The position numbers and the translations under genes are program-made. Positions 10,172 through 19,049 of a stretch of DNA of 64,000 nt are shown piece after piece. Within the stretch, counting starts at the first letter, position 1; every line of letters begins with the position of its first letter. This DNA comes from a virus (taxonomy: Duplodnaviria; Caudoviricetes), in the IMG/VR virus record IMGVR_UViG_3300030376_005461, positions 2,850 to 66,849 of that record; one strand, written 5' to 3'. Below the pieces are notes generated by a model. It worked only from the letters and a program-made list of their open reading frames with translations, was not told the origin of the DNA and did no database searches.

Positions 10172-10294
10172 TTATCTTTTATCCCACCACATTATGATAG
10201 AATCATATATAATAATAGGAAAATATACAACCACTAATGCAAATAGACCTAAACAAAGGCTAAAGTAATCTCTATACGTTAAGATTGTAACCAC
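10172..10294 (-). CDS. 40-aa single-TM microprotein
   Basis: Not in track. GTG 10294: MVTILTYRDYFSLCLGLFALVVVYFPIIIYDSIIMWWDKR*. Confidence 0.5.
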   Translation of the reverse strand: MVTILTYRDYFSLCLGLFALVVVYFPIIIYDSIIMWWDKR

Positions 10295-10437
10295 TCCCAA
10301 AATTGCCAAAGTATTGCTAATAAAGAGGCTAAACTAATTAAAAGCATACGCACATTACCTACAAGGCTATCTAAGTCTTCCACGCAACTATCAAGTTCTT
10401 GGATGACATTTTCTTCTTCATTGTTGTCACTGTTCAC
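10279..10437 (-). CDS. Small protein with C-terminal TM helix
   Basis: Track ORF 10279-10524. A start at GTG 10437 avoids overlap with the upstream gene. Ends MLLISLASLLAILWQFWEWLQS. Confidence 0.5.
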   Translation of the reverse strand: MNSDNNEEENVIQELDSCVEDLDSLVGNVRMLLISLASLLAILWQFWEWLQS

Positions 10438-10468
10438 ACGTATACATGAGCAAAGTGTTTTAGAAATA

Positions 10469-10927
10469 TTACTTTTTCTTACCCGTTTTAGATGGCTTGG
10501 ATTCATCAAAGTCTGCGTAATCAAGGGCTTTATCGCCTAGTTTTGCAGTTGTGTTAAACTCATCCATAGCCAATTCGTGTTTTTGTTTTAACGCTTCCAT
10601 AGTCAATTCGTGCTTGATTCTGTGTTCTTCTAACATTCTTACATGAGACTTTTCCGCTTCTGTAGCATTAACTTCTGCTTGTAGTTCTTCCGGTAAGATA
10701 TTAATCTTAGCACTTTCTTTACCCTTAAATAAATCTAATACATTCGTAATAATCAAAAGTGCCGGCCCACCAAGTAGACCTATAACTGTTAATTGTGAGT
10801 CTGTTATGTCTCTTTCCTCTACTATACTAAAGTAAGATGCAGTAGCGGCTATTATAACCCAAGCCAATACTACGCCTAACCCAAACACCAACATTAACTT
10901 ATCATTAGGCCCGCTAGACTGTGACAT
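10469..10927 (-). CDS. Two-TM membrane protein with charged coiled-coil tail (holin-like candidate)
   Basis: Two hydrophobic helices (LMLVFGLGVVLAWVIIAATASYF; LTVIGLLGGPALLIITNVL), then a charged C-terminus. Upstream TATA (TTTAATAAA on minus, about 10962-10970). Confidence 0.55.
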   Translation of the reverse strand: MSQSSGPNDKLMLVFGLGVVLAWVIIAATASYFSIVEERDITDSQLTVIGLLGGPALLIITNVLDLFKGKESAKINILPEELQAEVNATEAEKSHVRMLEEHRIKHELTMEALKQKHELAMDEFNTTAKLGDKALDYADFDESKPSKTGKKK

Positions 10928-10966
10928 GAATAGTATAGATACGAGATGACTTATCAATATTGTTTA

Positions 10967-12358
10967 TTAAAGAGTTTCTAAATCACTAGCGCCGGGTTGT
11001 GAGTTTTCGGCAGGTAGTTCTCCTACGTTTGAAGAGTTATTGCCTTCTTGTCTTTCGTCACCTTCTTTACCTATAGTAGGTAAGTTTAGTGCATCTAAGC
11101 ATTGATTAAGTGTTAAGATACCGTTATTGTACCCCATACTGACTCTTTGCATAACATTTAGTGGAGTTTCACTATCCATTGTATCAAAGCGAACTACAGG
11201 TAAATCAGATTTTTTGTACGGTATATTTAATAAATCTAAATGTAGACTAAATAACTCTCTACAAGACTCGGCTAGTATTCTGTGCATACGGCTAATTGCT
11301 TGAACTGCCCACAAGTTAGCATTAAATGTTGCCGCAAACGTAGAGCCGCTTTCTTGTCCTGCCGCTACTCTAGGTACTTGCAGTACCGCAGATATGTCTG
11401 CGTTAATAGCATCTAAGAAATCACCGCTACTTGGTAGAGCGTTTTCTAAGTTAACGTGGTGCAAAGAAACATAATGAGGCAAAACGGGTATTTGGTCGCC
11501 ACGTAGCCCTTCAAACAGACCGATAACCTCATCCATAATATGAGATAATCTTGCGCTTTGTTCTGCGGGGTCTTGTATATGCTCTATAGCAGATTTATCA
11601 ATAGTAATAAATTGTTTTGTCATACTGTCTTCAAGTGACAAACGGTTGTTTAAACTGTTGTATTTCATTCTAATTGCTTGCTTTAGAGAAGAAAAACGAG
11701 ATGCGCCCCATATACCGTATGTCTTTCTAAGCCTATTGTCAACAAACCAATTACTTCTGTAGTCTATTTTTATGTGTAGTATTTCTGATGCGGGTATTTC
11801 TCTAGCATTTAGTTTCATTTCTCGCAGTAAATACTTGTCTGCGTTAATAATAGGAGAATCTTCGGTAGCATCAAAGACAGAATTTAATCCACCTCTTTCA
11901 TCTACTATAGTAATTTGTTTTACGGGTAAACTTTGTAAGTTAGTTATACCTACCCCTTGTCTACCTACTATTTTGTTAATGTCGTTACCGTACACCATAA
12001 GGTTACGCATAGCATTAATTAGTATATCGTCAAAATCTAGATTATCTAAAAGCGTTTTGATAGCGTCACGTATAGCACCATTCTTTGCTACGTCGTAATC
12101 TACTTCATAATTATTAGCAGTTAACGATACTGCTCTTACTGCCCCATTTAGTTCCGGGTCAAGTTTTAACATTAAGTCATACATTTCAAACTCATTGTCA
12201 AATTTATTGTCACTTTGTAATCTTTCTGTGTCTCTCATCATGTCCGGTACTCCGGCCACCGCCGCAAACTTTTCTCTTTTTGTGCTAATTCTTTTGCTTG
12301 TAGTCGCTACTACAGGCTCTTGTGTCTTCCATATCTGATACCACTTACGCTCCGCCAT
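10967..12358 (-). CDS. Portal protein
   Basis: 463 aa, first gene of the head operon. Motifs DPELNGAV, AINADISAVLQVP and GILTLNQCLDALNL fit HK97/SPP1-like portals. Confidence 0.8.
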   Translation of the reverse strand: MAERKWYQIWKTQEPVVATTSKRISTKREKFAAVAGVPDMMRDTERLQSDNKFDNEFEMYDLMLKLDPELNGAVRAVSLTANNYEVDYDVAKNGAIRDAIKTLLDNLDFDDILINAMRNLMVYGNDINKIVGRQGVGITNLQSLPVKQITIVDERGGLNSVFDATEDSPIINADKYLLREMKLNAREIPASEILHIKIDYRSNWFVDNRLRKTYGIWGASRFSSLKQAIRMKYNSLNNRLSLEDSMTKQFITIDKSAIEHIQDPAEQSARLSHIMDEVIGLFEGLRGDQIPVLPHYVSLHHVNLENALPSSGDFLDAINADISAVLQVPRVAAGQESGSTFAATFNANLWAVQAISRMHRILAESCRELFSLHLDLLNIPYKKSDLPVVRFDTMDSETPLNVMQRVSMGYNNGILTLNQCLDALNLPTIGKEGDERQEGNNSSNVGELPAENSQPGASDLETL

Positions 12359-12430
12359 GATTTCACTAATATTTCGTGCTTTTTAAGTATTTGGGTAATT
12401 ATTTTAATTATTTAGAGTTTTTTTAGAAAA

Positions 12431-12609
12431 AATTAAACGATGTACTGCGCTATATTTTTTTAATTCTTTTTTTATTTCAATAGCATTTGAAAAATTAATA
12501 CTTAAAGTAGTAAATACTATAGTTACTTGTCTGATTTTGCTTGTATTTTGTAGACCCCTTTGAATAAAAAAAAGAATTCATTAACATTAGAGCAGTACCA
12601 CATTTAATT
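12431..12609. promoter_or_regulatory. Divergent promoter region with an inverted pair of roughly 50-bp elements
   Basis: Minus copy 12431-12480 and plus copy 12560-12609 of TTGAAWAAAAAAAGAATT-N9-TAGMGCAGTA-N5/6-TTAATT. TATA boxes at about 12380-12387 (minus) and 12655-12660 (plus). Confidence 0.7.
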
Positions 12610-12684
12610 TATTTTGTAAAACGTCGAAATTATATAATTAATTTAGACTAATGCTTATAAGGCAAGCAATTGTGGTTTATTACA

Positions 12685-14142
12685 ATGGGGAAAGAAAAAT
12701 CACCTAGGTTAACAGGCGGACAAGAGATAGTCGAAAAATATGCGAAAAGTAACTCATTTTCTACAGAAATGGAGTTTGCACGTTTTTTGCACGAACTTAA
12801 CCCAAGTAAAAGTATTTCTGCTTGGAGAGGTAGCATTCAAAGATGGCGCAAAAAAGACCCGAACAATACATTTAGAAAATTAGATGTTGTAGACGAAAGT
12901 AACTTAGTTTCATCAGTAACTAATATTAGTGTATATTATGATAAAACTTCTGATATATACATTTCTAAGTTAAACAACGAACTTACCGCAGTAAAAGGTA
13001 ACGTACATAGACAGATGAGACACGCTTATTCTCAAGACGGGAGAAACATGACTATAGAAGAAATGAGTCGAGAGTTTAGTTTATCCCCTGTTTGGCTGAA
13101 CCAATACATTAAAGTTAATGGTTGGTCACATAATATGGATATTTTTACCAATGCTGAAATAGAATCAACTCCCGAAGACACACTAGTAAATACTTTGTTA
13201 GAAAGTAAAAGACAACTAGTAATAGAAAAGGCTAACAAAAAATATTGGAAAAAGGTTATAAAAGACGCAGAAACATTAACTAACTTAGAAGAAGCGTGGG
13301 CTAATGAATTTAAAGAATTGTTACCAAAACAACTTAAGGCTAATAATAGGGTTAAGCACATCAAAAAAGCAAAAGTAAAACCATATGCGGTTGTTTTATC
13401 CCCTACTGACTTACATTACGGTAAAGGTGGTTGGATAAACGAAGTAGGAGAAAAATATACATTAGATGAGGCTAGAAACAGACTTATTACTCGTACAGAA
13501 GATTTAATACACAGGCTATCCGGTAAACCCGAAAAAATTATTGTGGCTACAGGAAGCGATTGGTTTCACGTAGATAATGATTTAGGTTCTACTACAAAGG
13601 GTACTATGCAGGATAGAAGCGCTTCACCTGCCCAAATATTAATGGATGGGTGTAAACTAGCGAGAGAGCATATTGATTTGCTCAGACAAGTATGTCCTGT
13701 AGAAGTCGTATTTATGCGTGGTAATCACGATAGGCACTCATCACTAGCGTTAATGATGTATTTAGACGCAGTATATGAAAAAGCAAAAGACGTAAGCGTA
13801 ATTGTTAGCCCTAAAACTAGACAATACATTTCTTGGGGTAATAACCTATTAGGCTTTACTCATGGTGATGGGGTAAGGGGGGTTGATTTACCTGCTATTA
13901 TGGCAACAGAAGAAAGAGAGTCATGGGGTAAATGCGAACACCACACATGGTTTCACGGACATTTACATCATAGAAAACTTACTGAAACTTCGGGTGTTGT
14001 TATAGTACAATTACCTAGTTTGGCCGGCGCTGATAGATGGCATTATCATAAAGGTTATGTTATGGCTAGGCCGGGCTTATCCGCTCATCTTTTAGATAAA
14101 CAGTTAGGTTTAATAGGCAATCTCTTTTCTCCGGTGGTATAA
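12685..14142 (+). CDS. Calcineurin-like metallophosphoesterase with long N-terminal domain
   Basis: Motifs TDLHYG, GSDWFH, RGNHD, FTHGD, GHLHH. ATG 12685 preferred over the track TTG at 12670. Confidence 0.85.
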   Translation: MGKEKSPRLTGGQEIVEKYAKSNSFSTEMEFARFLHELNPSKSISAWRGSIQRWRKKDPNNTFRKLDVVDESNLVSSVTNISVYYDKTSDIYISKLNNELTAVKGNVHRQMRHAYSQDGRNMTIEEMSREFSLSPVWLNQYIKVNGWSHNMDIFTNAEIESTPEDTLVNTLLESKRQLVIEKANKKYWKKVIKDAETLTNLEEAWANEFKELLPKQLKANNRVKHIKKAKVKPYAVVLSPTDLHYGKGGWINEVGEKYTLDEARNRLITRTEDLIHRLSGKPEKIIVATGSDWFHVDNDLGSTTKGTMQDRSASPAQILMDGCKLAREHIDLLRQVCPVEVVFMRGNHDRHSSLALMMYLDAVYEKAKDVSVIVSPKTRQYISWGNNLLGFTHGDGVRGVDLPAIMATEERESWGKCEHHTWFHGHLHHRKLTETSGVVIVQLPSLAGADRWHYHKGYVMARPGLSAHLLDKQLGLIGNLFSPVV

Positions 14143-15647
14143 TGGCAAATCTCAATACAGATTTTGCGATGGCAAGGAGTAAGAAAGATGTTTCATATTT
14201 TTATAGGTGGCTTGGCTATACATGGGGAGAGCATATCGGCGAATGGATGGATATGTATGGCAAAAGGGGAGATGCTCAAGTTCATAGGGTTTGTGTTATT
14301 GCACCCCGTGACCACAGTAAATCTACTACTTTGCGTGTAAAACTACTACATCAAGCCTTATTTGACAAATGGCGAAACAAACCGTTTACGTGTTGGTTAT
14401 TTTCGGCTAGTAAAGATTTAGCAGTTAGAAGATTAGAAGAAATACGTGACGATATGAAACGTCACCCACAATTGTCTAGATACTTACATAAGAAAAGAGG
14501 TAATAAACTAGAGTTACATTTTACAAATGGTGCGTGGATTCGTGCTACATCTGTAGGTGCGGCTATTCGTGGTGAGCATCCGGCCTGTATTGCTTTTGAC
14601 GACGTACTAGACGATTCGGGAGAAATGAACTACGAAGCGATTAGGAATTGGTTTAGGAAGAAAATTACGCCTATGTTGTCGCCGGGAACGTCTATATTTG
14701 TTGTTGGTACTCCTATGAGTATGATGGACTTATATCATACTGAAATGCTACAGAATAAACAATGGAAATCTAAAAGTTGGGCTAGTGTTAAAAATTGGGA
14801 TGAGTACAAATCAAACCCCGATACAATTAAACCTATAGAGTTATGGCCGGAGTTTAGACCAATTGACTTCTTACTAGAACAAAAAGACGCTATGGGAGAA
14901 CTTTCTTTCATTCAAGAGTATATGTGTAAAGTTATTGATGATGAGGCATCTGTTTACCCACGTAACTTAACAAGGGCTAACCTAAACATGGATGCTATCT
15001 TTGAGCAAGAAAAGTTAAAAGACGGAAAATATGTAGTGGGTTTTGACCCCGCACATGGTTTAGGTCAAGATTATTCTGTAATGGTATGCTTAAAACAAGA
15101 TTCTGAGGGCTATGTACACTTAGTTAATCTATGGAGAAGAAATGACTTCCCACCGGACAAGCAAGCAGATATGATGATAGAGTGGAATAAGCGCTATGGT
15201 ACTCCTGCTTTTGCAGTTGAAGCAGTAGGTTTCCAACAGATGTATGAAAGTCTATTGGCACAAAAGGGTGCGGTTATAGATTACCGTGAAAGTAAAGTTA
15301 GTAATCGTACTTTAAAGCAAGGGTTATTAAATCGTATGAGAGTATGGTTTGAAAGAGAAATGATTGTTATGCCATACGGTAATGATTTTACTAGAAAGCA
15401 AGTTAATATACTTTTAGAGGAATTAGAAACTCACGCATGGAAAAACGGACTAATAGTAGATTTAGGAAGACATAACGATATTGCTATGGCGTTTGCTCAT
15501 GCTCTAGACCAATTTACATATAAAACTCCCGATACTCCTGTTATTATGAAAACTATGAAAAACGGGGAGTGGACAGGCGGTAGAGTATCTAGACCACAAA
15601 GAAGTGGTGGGTCGCTTGGCGGTAGAGTAATAAGGAGAAGTAGATAA
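14142..15647 (+). CDS. terL: Terminase large subunit
   Basis: Walker A-like APRDHSKST, IRGEHPACIAFDD (Walker B), coupling motif VGTP, RNase H domain GFDPA...HNDIAMA. Confidence 0.95.
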   Translation: MANLNTDFAMARSKKDVSYFYRWLGYTWGEHIGEWMDMYGKRGDAQVHRVCVIAPRDHSKSTTLRVKLLHQALFDKWRNKPFTCWLFSASKDLAVRRLEEIRDDMKRHPQLSRYLHKKRGNKLELHFTNGAWIRATSVGAAIRGEHPACIAFDDVLDDSGEMNYEAIRNWFRKKITPMLSPGTSIFVVGTPMSMMDLYHTEMLQNKQWKSKSWASVKNWDEYKSNPDTIKPIELWPEFRPIDFLLEQKDAMGELSFIQEYMCKVIDDEASVYPRNLTRANLNMDAIFEQEKLKDGKYVVGFDPAHGLGQDYSVMVCLKQDSEGYVHLVNLWRRNDFPPDKQADMMIEWNKRYGTPAFAVEAVGFQQMYESLLAQKGAVIDYRESKVSNRTLKQGLLNRMRVWFEREMIVMPYGNDFTRKQVNILLEELETHAWKNGLIVDLGRHNDIAMAFAHALDQFTYKTPDTPVIMKTMKNGEWTGGRVSRPQRSGGSLGGRVIRRSR

Positions 15648-15648
15648 T

Positions 15649-15996
15649 ATGCCTAGAGGAAGAAATAAGGCCGAAGGTAAAAGGCAACATAAGTATTCTA
15701 CAAGTTCTGTAAGAAGTTCTTATTGGACAACACCTGTACCTACAGGAAGCCCTAAACCCGGCCCTAAGAAAAGAGGAGTAGTCTATCGAGAAGCAATAGA
15801 TAAAGTTATTAACAGTTCTTTTATGGACGAATGGTGTACGTCAGAACAAATCGCATACGAAGCGAACAAGCATATCTCAAATCATTGGACGCAGTTGTCT
15901 ACTTTTAGTGTTTGTGCCATACTTAGAAAGTACGAAAAAGATGGCAAAATAGCGGTAAATCGCAAAGAAAAAAAGTATTACAGAAAAAAATTCTAA
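15649..15996 (+). CDS. Basic, probable winged-helix DNA-binding protein
   Basis: 115 aa, Lys/Arg-rich. Helix pattern TSEQIAYEAN...STFSVCAILRKY followed by a beta wing. Confidence 0.45.
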   Translation: MPRGRNKAEGKRQHKYSTSSVRSSYWTTPVPTGSPKPGPKKRGVVYREAIDKVINSSFMDEWCTSEQIAYEANKHISNHWTQLSTFSVCAILRKYEKDGKIAVNRKEKKYYRKKF

Positions 15997-16169
15997 AAAA
16001 ATTTTTAAAAATCGAGAGAGGTGGTTGGCGGTGCGGTCAACCCTTAAATAGGTGTTTTTGGGAACTAGTATATAATACTATCTATGATGCTACTATACAC
16101 AATGTTTAAGTACTTGTATACATACAGACAAATAGGCCGGTAAGGGGCTGACAAGGAGACTGAACACGT

Positions 16170-17033
16170 ATGACGCATAGAGAGACAGATAAAGCAACGC
16201 TAGAGATTGAGATAGATGATATAGATAGGGTGCATAGAATACATAAAGAATTATGTAATACCCCTATTGTACAAATCAAGTCAAAGAGAAATCAAATTAA
16301 TAAAAAATTACAAAATTCAGCAATAGATTTGACTAATTTAGTACCATCACTACATGAAGAAACACTGAATACACTCAGAATTAACGGATTAATGCCTATA
16401 ATTCAACCTAGCAAATCAGCAGTAAGTCATTATTCATATACTCAGCAATCAAAAGAATCATATGAGAAAGTAATGAAAAACACAAAAGCAATCAATAATC
16501 AAACTAAAAGATATATTTGTCCTAAATGCGATAAAATAGGTTGTTTTGTTAGAAGACATATTCTAGATAATGGTGAAATGGGATTCAAAAACGATACTAG
16601 GGGCGGCCTATGTGGTCAAACTGTTACTCTTGATGAAGCACTCAGTATTAAAAATACTAATATTTGGTTTGATAATTCTAACTTACCAATGTTTAACCAC
16701 AAAATTACAACAATAGAAATTTCATACATAAATAATTCATGGGTAATTAGTCCAACATATAATCAACCAAATAAACAATTATTTCAATATACAGGCATGA
16801 AAGGAGTTTCAGCAGTAGGTAACGAAAAACAAATCGCACCACAATATAGACGTAACTTAACAATTAACAAAAAGCAAAAACAAGTTTATCACAAATTCGC
16901 TGTTGCTTTCTTTGGTGATTTCTACGCCTTAGTTATGATAAATCATCAACATAATGCTGATGCAAAAATAACATTCGATTATCCACCAGTAGGAATTATT
17001 AACAACATCGGAATAAAAGGGGGTGAACAATAA
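16170..17033 (+). CDS. Hypothetical protein with CxxC motif
   Basis: 287 aa ORF with its own TATA (TTTAAGTA 16105-16112) and AGGAG RBS; contains ICPKCDKIGC. Confidence 0.6.
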   Translation: MTHRETDKATLEIEIDDIDRVHRIHKELCNTPIVQIKSKRNQINKKLQNSAIDLTNLVPSLHEETLNTLRINGLMPIIQPSKSAVSHYSYTQQSKESYEKVMKNTKAINNQTKRYICPKCDKIGCFVRRHILDNGEMGFKNDTRGGLCGQTVTLDEALSIKNTNIWFDNSNLPMFNHKITTIEISYINNSWVISPTYNQPNKQLFQYTGMKGVSAVGNEKQIAPQYRRNLTINKKQKQVYHKFAVAFFGDFYALVMINHQHNADAKITFDYPPVGIINNIGIKGGEQ

Positions 17034-17114
17034 ATGAAGAATCTAAAATATGATAAATTAGTTATCAGAACAGAAAGGGAAGATTGCATCTTTGAAATAT
17101 GGGAGTTGGCTTAA
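17034..17114 (+). CDS. 26-aa microprotein
   Basis: Not in track. TAAATG coupling at both ends: MKNLKYDKLVIRTEREDCIFEIWELA*. Confidence 0.5.
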   Translation: MKNLKYDKLVIRTEREDCIFEIWELA

Positions 17115-17198
17115 ATGAAATCTATCTTTGATGAGCCTTGTCCTATATGTGGATTTAGTATAGAAAGAGGGTGGATTTGCGAAATCTGCAACCAGTAA
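17115..17198 (+). CDS. 27-aa CPxCG zinc-finger microprotein
   Basis: Not in track. MKSIFDEPCPICGFSIERGWICEICNQ* has two Cys knuckles, as in archaeal CPxCG microproteins. Confidence 0.65.
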   Translation: MKSIFDEPCPICGFSIERGWICEICNQ

Positions 17199-17207
17199 AA
17201 AAAGGAA

Positions 17208-17225
17208 GGGGGGAGAAATCCCCCC
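17208..17225. terminator. G6-AGAAAT-C6 hairpin between convergent genes
   Basis: GGGGGG AGAAAT CCCCCC lies between the plus stop at 17198 and the minus stop at 17240, flanked by A- and T-tracts. Confidence 0.55.
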
Positions 17226-17239
17226 AACCAATTTTTATA

Positions 17240-17407
17240 TTACCACATAATTACGGTTTGACATAATTGGCATTTTTCGCCAACATCCATATTTTTCCAT
17301 TCTGTTTTTCTGTACCCGTAATATACTGCGGCACAACATGGACAACAACCATCAATTATTTTTTTCATCATTTCGTCTTTTTTCATTTGTTCATATTTAT
17401 TATTCAT
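17240..17407 (-). CDS. Cassette 1: Cys-rich (zinc-finger-like) microprotein
   Basis: Start moved to ATG 17407 (MNNKYEQ...CCPCC...CQLC). TATA-like TTATAA on minus at about 17470-17475. Confidence 0.6.
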   Translation of the reverse strand: MNNKYEQMKKDEMMKKIIDGCCPCCAAVYYGYRKTEWKNMDVGEKCQLCQTVIMW

Positions 17408-17663
17408 AGGTTTCCCTCTTTCCCCCTGTCTCCATTGAAACACGGTTAACGGTACATAGGGGGGTCTAGTTATAATACCTTTGGTTAAATGCTCATATTA
17501 GCCCTACGAAGTAATCAATTACATTAAGTGTATTTTTTACACTTACTTTATTTTTTACAGTAAGGTCAGCCCTACGAAGTAATGCTGTAATTTTGTAGGC
17601 ATATATTAGAGAGAGAAAAATCTTAGAGAGATTTCATATTTTTATGTTACCACTAAAGAGAGA

Positions 17664-17703
17664 CTTAATCGAGGGCGTAAGTAGCCCCCGACTAAGTTTT
17701 ACG
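17664..17703 (-). other. Conserved-loop hairpin, copy A
   Basis: Minus strand CGUAAAA-CUUAGUCGGGGG-CUACUUACG-CCCUCGAUUAAG: 12-bp stem, fully paired with two G.U only on this strand. Confidence 0.75.
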
Positions 17704-17722
17704 TTTAGTACTACGAAGAAAA

Positions 17723-17866
17723 TTATTCGATATGATGATGGTCTATATCTTCAATTATTTTTGCTACGATTAATTCTTTGATTGTTATATCAAAATTGTC
17801 TCTTATGTCTTCTTCAGTAATTTCTATATCTGCGGTCATACTAATTTGCATATCAATTGTTGTCAT
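17723..17866 (-). CDS. Cassette 2: 47-aa acidic microprotein
   Basis: Not in track. MTTIDMQISMTADIEITEEDIRDNFDITIKELIVAKIIEDIDHHHIE*; GGGGGTGAG RBS; TATA-like TTCATAAG upstream. Confidence 0.65.
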   Translation of the reverse strand: MTTIDMQISMTADIEITEEDIRDNFDITIKELIVAKIIEDIDHHHIE

Positions 17867-18080
17867 TTCGTTTCTCACCCCCTGTTCTAGTGAACTAACG
17901 TGTGAGTATCTGCTTATGAATGTATGGGTCTTATGTGTATCTGTTGCATCATGAGTCCTACGAAGTTTTAGTCCTACGAAGTTTTGTTTCTTTATAGTAG
18001 GCCTACGAAGTAGAGAGAGATTTGCGTAGAGATTATAAAGAGAGATTTTATTTATTTATATTATCAATTTTAGAGAGAGA

Positions 18081-18119
18081 TTAGAGAGAGGCGTAAGTAG
18101 CCCCTCTCTAATTTTACGC
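18081..18119 (-). other. Conserved-loop hairpin, copy B
   Basis: Minus strand GCGUAAAA-UUAGAGAGGGG-CUACUUACG-CCUCUCUCUAA: 11-bp stem with one G.U and the same 9-nt loop as copy A. Confidence 0.75.
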
Positions 18120-18150
18120 ATTCCGAACTAATTTCAACTAAGGATAATAT

Positions 18151-18354
18151 TTATCCGTTAATTGTAACTTTTTTATAATTGCTTACACCATTTCTGAATC
18201 CAGCAAATTTCCAACCGTTTTTAACACATACGTGTCTTTTATTGGTCGCAAATTCTGCTTCAACAGGGTAGCCCCACATATTGAAGTCATCCGGTTTGAT
18301 GTCTTTAGCAGTATATAATTTTCTACTTATTGTGTAGTTAATTTTTCCTCTCAT
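18151..18354 (-). CDS. Cassette 3: 67-aa basic hypothetical protein
   Basis: Track ORF with AGGAGA RBS; TATA-like TTCATATA at about 18430-18437 on minus. Confidence 0.65.
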   Translation of the reverse strand: MRGKINYTISRKLYTAKDIKPDDFNMWGYPVEAEFATNKRHVCVKNGWKFAGFRNGVSNYKKVTING

Positions 18355-18620
18355 GTTTATTTCTCCTAATTTCGCTTTTCACGTTTACGTCCGCTCGGCT
18401 TCTCGGATATTTGTGGGTTATACTATAAGTATATGAACCTTTCGATTTTAGGCCTACGAAGTAATAATACACCCGAAGGGGAAAGCATTATAAGGGTGCA
18501 TCTCGGTGCAATAACCCCCGGCAACCACTCCTAGCCCTACGAAGTAAAATCCGGTTAGTCCTACGAAGTTTTTTAAAAAAAACGTAGAGATAACCATAGA
18601 GATTAGCCCTACGAATTATA

Positions 18621-18782
18621 TTAGATTTTTCCGAAATCCCATCCGCAATCTCCATCAATATTAACATAATCACCGATACTATTAATTAAATGATTACATA
18701 AAATATGAATTATTTCATTTTTATTTTTCGCTTTATATTTTCTTAATTCTGTTTCTTCTATTTCTATTATTATTTCGTACAT
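18621..18782 (-). CDS. Cassette 4: 53-aa microprotein
   Basis: Not in track. MYEIIIEIEETELRKYKAKIKNEIIHILCNHLINSIGDYVNIDGDCGWDFGKI*; AAGGAGA RBS; TATA TTTAAGTA at 18890-18897 on minus. Confidence 0.65.
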   Translation of the reverse strand: MYEIIIEIEETELRKYKAKNKNEIIHILCNHLINSIGDYVNIDGDCGWDFGKI

Positions 18783-19049
18783 TTTTTATCTCCTTAATTT
18801 TTGAATATTTTTGAGCCGAATCCAATATTGTTTTCCTTCATGTGTCGTGTCCAATCTGTTCCGGCTCTATATGTCGGTTAGTATATAGGTACTTAAACAT
18901 TTGCTTTGTAGCCCTACGAAGTTACTTAGTGTAATTTCTGCACCGTTTAGCCCTACGAAGTTTTTTAATATATGCGTAGACCTATAGAGATTAGAGAAAA
19001 ATTCAAAGAGAGATTTTCATAAATTTATTCATGTATGAATATTAGAGAT

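Noticed and set aside
18488-18673. Track ORF 18488-18673 (minus, 61 aa)
   Set aside because: Runs through several decamer repeats and overlaps the better-supported ORF 18621-18782, which has an RBS and TATA box.
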